A stretch of 64,000 bases of DNA, taken from the IMG/VR virus record IMGVR_UViG_3300030380_004460; one strand, written 5' to 3'. Of this stretch, positions 7,915 through 18,000 are shown one piece after another. Origin of the DNA: an uncultured virus (IMG/VR IMGVR_UViG_3300030380_004460) (taxonomy: Duplodnaviria; Heunggongvirae; Uroviricota; Caudoviricetes). Each line of letters starts with the position of its first letter. Position 1 is the first letter of the stretch. The notes under the pieces were generated by a model. That model did not search any database, was not told where the DNA came from, and was given only the letters and a program-made list of their open reading frames with translations. A program made the translations under genes and the position numbers.

Positions 7915-9180
7915 ATGGGTCTAGCCGACAGGATACGCCGCGTTTTTGCTACGGTGGGTTCTAATCCTAACACTCCAAAGGATGAACCACGTGGTTTTGG
8001 CGCAGGTGTAATAAGAAGGTTGAAACTTACCAATAATTATGGTAACAGGAATTATGAGCAGCACATAGGTGACAATAGAACCTATATGAATGTTTATTTA
8101 TCAGACCCGATTGTACGTTCTTTGATTGACCTCCCTTGTTTATATGCAGTAAAGGATGGTTTTGATATTGTTACTGAAGACGAAAAACTAAGAGAAGAAG
8201 TAACAAAGATGTTTGTTGATATCAATATTGATATGACAATCTACGGTTGGCTACGCAACGCTCGAATCTTTGGTTCAGGTTATTTAGAATGGACTGGAGA
8301 CAACCTAGTTCTACGCTCTTCACAAAATATGTACGTGAAGAGAAACGAACACGGCCAATTAATGTATTATTATCAGAATATAGGAAACGACGCAGAAGAC
8401 GTTCGTTTTGACCCTGATGAAATTGTAGAACTACAAAACAATCCTTTTGATGATTACGCTTATGGTTTATCTGATATACATACTATTTTATACTTAGTAG
8501 ACCTAAAAGATTATGCAGAGCGAGACATTGGAGCAGCTCTGAATAAATATGCGGTATCACGTTTCGACATTTCCTGTGGGTTGCCTGATATGCCCTATGG
8601 CCCTGATAAGATTAACGAAATTGTTGATGCATTTAATTCTTTAGAACCCGGTGAAGATATAATTCACGGTAATGATATACAAATAAAAGAAATAGAAGGT
8701 ACAAATAGAGCCTTTGAATATGGTAAGTATACAGATGATATACTAGATAAAATACATATAGCTCTTAAAGTACCAAGAACTATGTTTACACAACCGGAGC
8801 AAGCTCGCCCGGTTTTTGAACCTTACGTTAAATATTTACAAAAAGCAGTAGAGTCTGCTATTAATTCACAACTAATGCCACAGTTTGGAGACGATGTTAA
8901 ATTTGCTTTCAGACACTTGAATGTAGATGATGCATTCACAAAGGCAAAAACCGATATGATATATCTATCAGAAGGTGTCTTGGCACCTAGTGAAGTTAGA
9001 AAGGAGAGAGGTTTAGATGCTGAAGGAGTAGTAGAAAAACAACCAACTGCCGCTGAAGTAAATATTTCTGGTGGAAAAGACCAAGACAAAATAGAAGAGT
9101 CTCAAAGAACAGAACAGAGATTATCTAAAAACCAGACAGGGAAACGCACTGAAGAAGAGGTTGTGGAGGTAGTAGCGTGA
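7915..9180 (+). CDS. Portal protein
   Basis: Follows terL; 421 aa; IFGSGYLE, YGLS, GVLAPSEVRKERGL portal-type motifs. Confidence 0.88.
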   Translation: MGLADRIRRVFATVGSNPNTPKDEPRGFGAGVIRRLKLTNNYGNRNYEQHIGDNRTYMNVYLSDPIVRSLIDLPCLYAVKDGFDIVTEDEKLREEVTKMFVDINIDMTIYGWLRNARIFGSGYLEWTGDNLVLRSSQNMYVKRNEHGQLMYYYQNIGNDAEDVRFDPDEIVELQNNPFDDYAYGLSDIHTILYLVDLKDYAERDIGAALNKYAVSRFDISCGLPDMPYGPDKINEIVDAFNSLEPGEDIIHGNDIQIKEIEGTNRAFEYGKYTDDILDKIHIALKVPRTMFTQPEQARPVFEPYVKYLQKAVESAINSQLMPQFGDDVKFAFRHLNVDDAFTKAKTDMIYLSEGVLAPSEVRKERGLDAEGVVEKQPTAAEVNISGGKDQDKIEESQRTEQRLSKNQTGKRTEEEVVEVVA

Positions 9181-10436
9181 ATGCTTACGAAAAATGTGTA
9201 ATAGGATTAAAACCACGCCTTAACAAAAAAGGTGTAGAGAATGCAGAGATTGTAGCTCAGAATATGTGCTCTATGTGGGCAGATAACAATGGCGAAGAAA
9301 AGGAATTCGGTGTTTCTAAATCAGATGAGACCCAAAAAACATTTGCTATGAATTTTGAATTTGATAAAGAAGCACTTAGTGTATCTAAAAAGGATACTGA
9401 AGATATGTGGGAATTCCCAGTTCGTGCTTTAACTTCTGGTCGTCACGATTATGAAGTTGAAGGAGAAGAACAAACTGTGTTTATAGAACCTAGTATACTT
9501 AAAGAAAGCTTGGAGAAGTTCAATGAACTACCAATATATTATACTCATCAAAGGACTCCTGAGGATTTACTTGGGAAGGCTATTAACCCTGAGATTGAAG
9601 AGATGGAAGACGGCAAGGTAGCAATATCTATGTTGGCTCAGATTTATGAACCAACAGCCAGAATGAAAGAAGTGATACAGAAAGTGGAAGACGGGGATAT
9701 TACTAACGTCAGTGTCGATTGGTTTTCAAAAGACGTTGATGTTATGGGCGATTCGTACGCGACAAATATCCGACCCGTAGAAGTCTCGTTTATAGACAAC
9801 GAGATAGCAACGCCCGTCTGTGGGGAATGTACGATTGACACGGAATGTGCAACACACGTATCAGAAAAAGAATTTGCAACCAAAGATGATTGTGGTTGTG
9901 GAGGGCACGACGAGAATTCGTGTGGTTGTGACCACGACGGTGAAGACAAAGAGGTCGATAATATGAGTGAGGAAGTTGTAAAAACAGAATCTGAAAAGAT
10001 AACAGAGAGAGAGTTTGCTTCAGTTAAGAAACAACTGGAAGATTTGACATCCAACCACTCCGAATTGGAGCAGAAGTACAATGATGCTTTGAATTCTATC
10101 GAAGAGTTTAAGACCGCAGAAGAAACCAGAAAGGCAGAGGAAGCTAAAAAGTTAAAAACAGCTTTAGTTAACAATGTCGTAAGTAAGGAAGTTCTTTTCG
10201 GAAAACTCAAAGAAGAATCCAAAGATGCCCGTACTGAAGAACTATTCGGTTGGGAAGACAACAAATTAACAGGTTTCTTTGAAGCATTAGAATCAATGCC
10301 TGAACCTGCCGAAACAGAAAAAACCTTCGGTAAGGGAATCGCAAAGGATTCAGAAGAAAAGGCTGTAGAAGCCGAACCTGAAGTAGAGAGAATGTTCTCT
10401 ATGATAGACGGAAAAATCCGTTTGAACAGGAAATAA
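9177..10436 (+). CDS. Prohead protease-scaffold fusion
   Basis: PIYYTH..LLG, VSVDW, VEVSFID..P (HK97-type protease), then a Cys/His linker and an acidic coiled coil; GGAGG RBS, GTG start. Confidence 0.82.
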   Translation: MNAYEKCVIGLKPRLNKKGVENAEIVAQNMCSMWADNNGEEKEFGVSKSDETQKTFAMNFEFDKEALSVSKKDTEDMWEFPVRALTSGRHDYEVEGEEQTVFIEPSILKESLEKFNELPIYYTHQRTPEDLLGKAINPEIEEMEDGKVAISMLAQIYEPTARMKEVIQKVEDGDITNVSVDWFSKDVDVMGDSYATNIRPVEVSFIDNEIATPVCGECTIDTECATHVSEKEFATKDDCGCGGHDENSCGCDHDGEDKEVDNMSEEVVKTESEKITEREFASVKKQLEDLTSNHSELEQKYNDALNSIEEFKTAEETRKAEEAKKLKTALVNNVVSKEVLFGKLKEESKDARTEELFGWEDNKLTGFFEALESMPEPAETEKTFGKGIAKDSEEKAVEAEPEVERMFSMIDGKIRLNRK

Positions 10437-10454
10437 ATATAGGAAGTAATAAAT

Positions 10455-10826
10455 ATGGCAACAGAAATATTAGTAAATGATGGTGGAGCACCAGCACGAA
10501 TATTACCATTTTTAATCCACGCTACTGTAGCAGCAGGAGACCCCCTACAGATACACTCTAACGGGAAAGTCAAACCAGCAGCAACCAGTGGAGCAGCCTG
10601 TGTTGGAGTAGCTTTAACAGCTGCATCAGGCTTGGATAATATGTGTAACGTGATAACTGGACACGGAGTCGTCGCTAACGTAAACGGACAAGGAAGCATT
10701 GTCGCAGGTTCTATCCTGTCAGCAGATGCAACTGGTAAGTTCGGTATTGCAGCAAGCGCCGACCAGAAAGAAGCTATTGCACTTGAGGCAATCAGCGGAG
10801 GAGTAGTGAAGGTCGTCCTTCTCTAA
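10455..10826 (+). CDS. Capsid decoration/cement protein
   Basis: Small Ala/Gly-rich beta protein (VAAGD..VGVA..IVAG..L.ADATG) between protease and capsid genes. Confidence 0.65.
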   Translation: MATEILVNDGGAPARILPFLIHATVAAGDPLQIHSNGKVKPAATSGAACVGVALTAASGLDNMCNVITGHGVVANVNGQGSIVAGSILSADATGKFGIAASADQKEAIALEAISGGVVKVVLL

Positions 10827-10840
10827 AGAGGTGAATAAAT

Positions 10841-11929
10841 ATGGTAACAACACAAGATGGAATACTAACATCCAATAACACTGGTTCATTCACTGCAACA
10901 ACTGGAGGAACCGGAGAGAGAGTTCTAGTAGATTACAAAGACGCTTTGCAAGACTACAAAGTAACTGACCTTCCAGCACTTCAGATGTTTACAGAAACAA
11001 TGACCACTGATACTGGTGGAGATATAGATTTAACATTCGCAATGCCTTCTATGAACTTAGAAAGAATTGATGAAGGAAGCACCCCTCAATACCAACACAC
11101 AAAGATGCGCTCCGAGAGAGTAGCAGTCAGAGAGTGGGGTATTGCAGTAGGTGTAACCCGCAGAATGATAGAAGATTCAAGATTCAACGAAGTTGAACTT
11201 GCACTAAACGAAGCACGAAGAGCAGTTGACAGACATATGTCTAAACACGTTATCTACGCATTGTTCGGTATTGGAGATGCAGACCTACAAACAGGTATCA
11301 GCAACGTAAGTATCGACAAACAAGATGCAGAAGTTGGCGCTAGTGGAATCAACGATTTCACAGTCAATCTCTACGGTGGTTTCATTGGTAGTGGTACAGC
11401 AGCTCAAGCAGCAGCTGGAGATGGACGCTACGTCGACTACGGTTTAACCGCAGCAGCAGACTTAGCCCGAACTCACTACAGAGAAGCAGCCACAAACGGA
11501 ACTGTTACACTAAGTGACTTGACCACAGCTATCGAGTTAATCGGACAACACGGTTACAACGCAGATACTGTAGTTATTTCACCAAAGCACTACAAAACTC
11601 TATTAGACTTAGCAGACTTTACTGCAGCAGTCGGAGCAGCTAACGCAGCTATCAGAGGAGGAACAGATGCTTTGGGTGGTATCAGAGACACCGCATCCAG
11701 TGGATTAGTTGGTTCATTGTTTGGATTGAACATTTATGTCAATGCATACATCCCACCAACAGCTTATGGTGTGTTTGATATGTCAGCAAAACCAATGGCT
11801 TACGTCGAAAGACGTCCAATGACTGTCGAGGAAGCAAACCCCGGTTTCGGAATCGTCGGTTCATATATGTCAATGAGATATGGATTGAAAGTTACAAAAC
11901 CAGAAACTGGTGTAATTTTCTACGATTAG
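10841..11929 (+). CDS. Major capsid protein (HK97 fold)
   Basis: IDEGS, WGIAVGVTRRMIED, ISPKHY..LL, G.LFGL.IYVN..IP, RYG.KV..PE; GAGGTGA RBS. Confidence 0.9.
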   Translation: MVTTQDGILTSNNTGSFTATTGGTGERVLVDYKDALQDYKVTDLPALQMFTETMTTDTGGDIDLTFAMPSMNLERIDEGSTPQYQHTKMRSERVAVREWGIAVGVTRRMIEDSRFNEVELALNEARRAVDRHMSKHVIYALFGIGDADLQTGISNVSIDKQDAEVGASGINDFTVNLYGGFIGSGTAAQAAAGDGRYVDYGLTAAADLARTHYREAATNGTVTLSDLTTAIELIGQHGYNADTVVISPKHYKTLLDLADFTAAVGAANAAIRGGTDALGGIRDTASSGLVGSLFGLNIYVNAYIPPTAYGVFDMSAKPMAYVERRPMTVEEANPGFGIVGSYMSMRYGLKVTKPETGVIFYD

Positions 11930-11944
11930 ATATCTAGATAATCA

Positions 11945-12002
11945 ACTCTTCGGAGTAGGTTCACAGTTGGGGGTCTGTATAAAAACCCCCACAATCTTTT
12001 TT
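11945..12002 (+). terminator. Hairpins plus T-tract after the capsid gene
   Basis: ACTC-TTCG-GAGT (cUUCGg tetraloop), TGGGGGT..ACCCCCA stem, then TCTTTTTT. Confidence 0.6.
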
Positions 12003-12028
12003 AACCTACTTAGCGTAGGTATATTATA

Positions 12029-15000
12029 ATGCCACTATCACGAAAAATACTACCACACGGTAAAGCAAAAATACAGTCAGGAGTCTCAGGAGGCTCTAAT
12101 GTAACTAGTTTAAATTTAGATGGCACAACTTTACAATTAAATCAATCTAACAGTCAACCACAAAGGACTGTAAATTTAAACAGTCTTTCTGGTACACCCG
12201 CAGGTAATGATACAGAACTGCAATTTAACAACAATGGTTCATTTGGCGGAACAGATGACTTAAAGTGGGATGGTAGTAAACTAAAACTTGGAGATTCTGC
12301 TGATACTGGTAATTATTTCGAAGTTCAAGGTAGTGATTCTGAAAATACCTATGATGTCTTGGTTGGAAGAAGAAGATTCCCTAGAATATCTTTAAACGAC
12401 AGAGGCTCCTACACTATGCAGATATGGGCACTTGGTAGCGAATTAAGGTTCGGTACGAGCGCAGGTAGTAACACTACAGCTGCTTTTGTAGTAAGGAGTG
12501 GTAGTGTTGGGTCCGTAGCGACAGCTGGTGCATATACATATGGTGTCTTCAACGTAGGTACGTCTGATAGTATCAACTCTAGTAAGGTAACAATAGTAGA
12601 TACTGCGAAACCACTAACGCTAGCTTATGATGGTAGTAATTATGCATCTTTAAAAGTAAGTAGTGGAGGTGTGTTAACAGTAGCTACTAATATGGCTAAT
12701 GCAGGGGTAGCAGATAGATTTTTGTTTGATGGTAATCATTTTAGAGGAACTGATACTAACGCTCCTTCGATGCGTAACGAAACGCCTTCAGATACTAACC
12801 CCGTTTTTACTTTTAATAATGACGTTGATACAGGGATGGGTAGAGCTGCAGCTGATACTTTATCTTTTATTGCAGCAGGAGCTGAACAATTACGTATAGC
12901 AGATAATGTAATTACACTTGGTGATGGTGTGGTTTTAGCACCCCACGCAAGTGACAACTTTACAATTGACTCTCCAAATGGTATAATATTAGATGGTACA
13001 TCAGCAGCTAATGGTGTACAGTATCACGACGGCGGCCTTGAGATAATGAGAATTTCTAACTCAAGTAGTAATCCAGTTATCAGAACTATGGTAGATGCTA
13101 AGGATATGATTTTCCAACAGTTCGATGGTACTGAAATTGTAAGATTCAAAGATAATTTAGACGTTGAAGTTGCTGGTAATTTAAAAATAACTCCAGATAA
13201 TAAACTATACTTAGGAGATGACGAGTTTATAGATGTTAACACTTCTTCTTCACCAAACAGGATGGATTTTCATATAGCAAATCTTCCTCGATTACACTTA
13301 GATTCGGGTACATTATTTTCGGGACAATCTGGAGGCCCTTCGATGGACTTGACTCCAAGTTCTGGTATTGCAAATTATGGGTTCGTGGGTGACACTGACA
13401 CCGGTATGTCTAGAACGGGTGCAGATACACTTGTATTGATGACAGGTGGTACAAACGCAATCACAATAGATAGTAGTCAGAATGTTGTAATACCAGCTAA
13501 TTTGACGGTACAAGGAACAACAACTACAATCGACAGTACAACCCTCAGTGTTAAAGACAAGAACATTGAGATGGGTGTAGTTAGTAGTCCTACAGATGTA
13601 ACGGCTGATGGTGGAGGTATCACATTAAAAGGAACTACCGATAAAACATTTAACTGGGTAGATTCTACAGACAGTTGGACTGCATCAGAACATATTGAAC
13701 TTGCATCTGGTAAATCATTTAGGATTAACGGTAACAACGTTTTGAATCAAACAACTTTAGGTTCTACAGTTGTAGGTTCTTCATTAACAAGTGTTGGAAC
13801 ATTAACCGCTTTGACGGGAGGCACAGGAGACTTAAACTGGGATAGTAATACTCTATTTGTAGACTCTTCTGAAAACAGAGTAGGTATAGGTACAAATTCA
13901 CCAGATGTATTATTTGATGTTAGTGGGTCAGCGGTCATACAGAGCCTTCGTATTAATGCTAATGACGGTGACAGGATGCGATTGTTTAGAAGAGCTGATA
14001 ATGAAATGGTGATTGCTTCTGAGTCAGCATCACTATATTTAAATTCTGCATTTAATGGTATTTATTTTGAAGGAGACTCAAGTGCCGTAAAAATGCGTTT
14101 GACTGGTGATGGTAACTTAGGTATAGGCACAACTGGACCTGATAAACGACTTCATATACACGGTGCAACAGACACAGCTTTCAAAATGAGCAATGCAGGT
14201 ACTGGAGAAGGTGGTTCTGATGGTTTTGAAATACTTCAATCAAATACTGGAGAAATAGTACTTAAAAATAGAGAAAGTGCTGCTTTAAAATTTGACACAG
14301 CCGGTACTAATGCAATGACGATAGATAGTAGTCAAGTTACTACTTTTATTAACACCCCAGTTGTTGGAACAATGACTTCAAGTGATAACAGCACTAAAGC
14401 AGCTTCTACAGCTTTTGTTAAAGCTCAATCATACGGAACAGGAACCATTGGTGGTACAGCTACCTCAGGTCGGATTCCTTTTGGTGATGGAAATAACTCA
14501 ATAACAAGTGATGCTAATCTAACTTATAATGGAAGTAGTTTTGAAGTGTTAGTCACATCATCTATAGGACACGGTGGTACTAAAAGAACTAAATTTCAAC
14601 ATAACAACGAAGTTAATTATTATAGTGATGGTTCAGAAACTTCTGGTACAGTTTACTATCAATATAGAGGTGGAGATTTTAATATAGCTCGAAATGCTAT
14701 ACACGTTAAAGCTTATAATGACGGCTCTCGTCCGAGATATGTAGGTATAGGCACAACTTCACCTGAAAGAAAATTACACATAATGACAGCTAGTGCCGGT
14801 AGTCCGGGTTACAGTACTTATGCTAATATGATATTAGAATCTGATGACCATAGTTATTTTCAATTTTCTTCTCCATCTAACAAAGTACAAGGTATAAACT
14901 TTGGAGATGGAAACGATAATGCAGGTGCTATTTATTATGACCACGCATCTGATTATATGAGATTTTTTGCAGGTGCTTCAGAAAGAATGCGTATAGATTC

Positions 15001-18000
15001 TGCTGGTAAAGTAGGTATAGGCACAACTTCACCAAACAGTAAAATGACAGTTCAAGGTGACCTTGACATTCCACGCGGTTCTAGATTTAGAGCAGGTTCT
15101 ACTGACAGTAATCAAGGTATAGATATTTATCACAACAACGATGGTAGTTCATCATTTAATGGTAATGTCGTATTCGAAGGTAGGTCTTCTGGTGGAGATG
15201 TCGTTTTCCGTAATTTAGACCACGGGCAAGATTATAAATTTTACGCAGAGAACGATTCTGGTACAGAACAGTTAATAATGAAGATTGACGGTACTGAAGC
15301 AGCTGTGGGTATAGGAGAAGGAAGTACTGGATTAACTACAGCTAATGGTGCGTATTTACACGTTACTGGTTCTTCAAACTTACTTGCTAATTTCTTATCA
15401 TCAGATGGTATAGGAGAAATACGAGTAGGAGATAGTTCAAAGTATACTAGATTATTAACAGCTGGTAATCAATTTAAGATAATGCCTTTTGATGGTGTTG
15501 AGTTGATGGTACTTGATGGTAGTACAGAAAAGGTTGGTATAGGTACAAATGCACCCGGTGAAAAGCTAGATGTGAGAGGTAAAATATTAGTAGACCAGTA
15601 TTTAAGATTACAAAGAAACACAAGCACCAACGGATTAAATTTAACTGATAGTGGAGGTAACGCAGTCCCTGTGCACACTAGAGCAGGATTCTTTGGTGAT
15701 AGTTATTCAATGACTCCAGATATTGGTGAGGTTATATTATATAGTTCAACCACTGGTTCTTCAACTGCTACAGCTGGTATGGTTACATTCGCAAGTAGAA
15801 ATGATGCTGGAACTCATATACCTTATGCTGAAATAGAAGGTATAGCATTCGATGATACTGCTAGTGGCGAAGATGGTCATATAGTATTTAGAGTAGAAAA
15901 AGCTAGCACTATGACTGAACAGATGAGGTTAACAGAAACTGGATTAGGTATAGGCACAACTTCACCTGCTTATGAATTAGATGTTAGCTCTGGACATATG
16001 AACGCTGCAAGACTCTATCTAAATGACGCTAACAATTACATAATGGGTGACTCTGAAACTATGTATCTTAGAGCTCACAATGATATGTATTTCAATATAG
16101 ATACACCAAATGATTCTACAACTAGACATTTCATATGGAGAGCCAATACTTCTTCTGAAAAAATGAGATTAGGAGAAGATGGTATACTTGAAGTAAAATC
16201 TGGAGGTAAAGTAGGTATAGGTACAGCTGCACCTAATGTTGAATTAGATGTAGCTGGTGATGCAAGAATAAGAGGTTCCAATAAACTATACTTTGGAGAT
16301 ACAGATACTACAGAATATATATCTACTAACGGAACTGACGATTTAAGAATACACGCTTCAGACACTGTTTTATTTGATGGTGATGGTAAGAGTATATTTA
16401 GAACTCCTTATTTAGCTTTAGAAACTAGTGCAGCATCTGAAAAGATGAGATTCGATATAGATAATGGAAGATTTGGTATAGGCACAAATTCACCTTCTAC
16501 TAAATTAGATATCATAAGCACAACGGAACAAGTAAGGTTTGGTTATGACAGTAGTAATTACTTATCGTTTAATGTAGACAGTACTGGTAATACTGTAATA
16601 CAAGCTAAAACAGGTAACTTAGAATTAAAAACTGATACATCATCTCACGACGTTAGAGTTGATTCAAAAGGTAAATTTAGAGTAGATTTGGGAGATTCTA
16701 ATGGTGGGCACTATGCACGTATAAGAGGTACTAGTAACACCCCAGTATTGATGGCTAAGTCTAATGGTTTAGTAGGTATAGCTACAGAGTCACCCAATGA
16801 AACATTAACAGTTGAAGGAGTGTTATCTTTAGATGAAACTTCTGCTCCATCAGCTACTTCTGGTTATGGTAAAATATACGTTAAGTCTTCAGACAGTAAA
16901 CTATACTTTATGAATGATTCTGGAACTGAGACAGATTTAACAGCAGGAGGAGGAAGCAGTGTCAGTTTTGGTAGTGACAATCAAATACCATTTACTAATT
17001 CAGGGGGCGATGACTTCGATTATTCTGCTAATTTAACATTTGATGGAAGTACTCTTATCACTGACGCTGATATTCGAATATTAGATGGTGAAAAATTATT
17101 ACTTGGTACTGACAGTAATTTTCAAATTTATGGTAGTGCCGGTTCTACAAAATACATAACTACACTTTCAGAACAATTATTAATATGGAATCAAGATTCT
17201 TCTAGTGCACCAATCAAATTACAAGCTACAGATACATCTAACGGTATTCAATTTAATATTGCAGGAACTGAAAAAGGTAGATTTACATCTACAGGTTTAG
17301 GTATAGGTACAACTGCACCTTCTTACAAATTAGATGTTAATGGGGACGCAAATGTTTCAAGTGTTCTATACTTAGGTGATTCCGATACTAAATTATATAG
17401 AAGTTCTAATGATTTATATATAAGAGCTACTTCTGATATACTTTTAAATGACACAGGTGGTAATGTAGGTGTAGGAATAGACCCTACTTCTAAATTACAC
17501 GTCAAAGGTGAATTAGATATTCAAAGTGGTAATCAAACTATTCTTATGGGAGCTGGTAATAGTTCAACATCTAGAAATGATAATGCTCTAAAACTAGCTA
17601 GAGTTGGATTAGCACATTATGAGAATGATGAAGCAGCAGCAGCTATGATATATGCATCTTCAGATGGAACTGATAATGCAGTAGCTATCGGTGGTGGAAC
17701 ATCTGGTATGAATGCAGCCACTAAATTACAATTTTTTACAGCTGCTAATGATACAACTACTGAAGGCACAGAAGTAATGCGTATTACTAATAACCAAAAA
17801 GTAGGTATAGGAACAAGTGCACCTGATTCTAAATTACACGTTGATGGTGACATTCGACTTAATGGTTCAGGTGACCATCTTATTTGGCCTAACAGAGTAC
17901 AATTAGATTCTAATGGTGGTACATTAGTGATGGAATCCTTAACTGGAAGTGATTCATTACTTGTATTAAAAAGTGCATCCTCACAGGATATAGGCATAAG

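Noticed and set aside
9644..10699. 351 aa - strand ORF and the many other antisense ORFs in the track (e.g. 20472-21218, 44208-44594, 55816-56262)
   Set aside because: Shadow frames of well-supported genes, with S/L/P/F-rich composition and no RBS or motifs.
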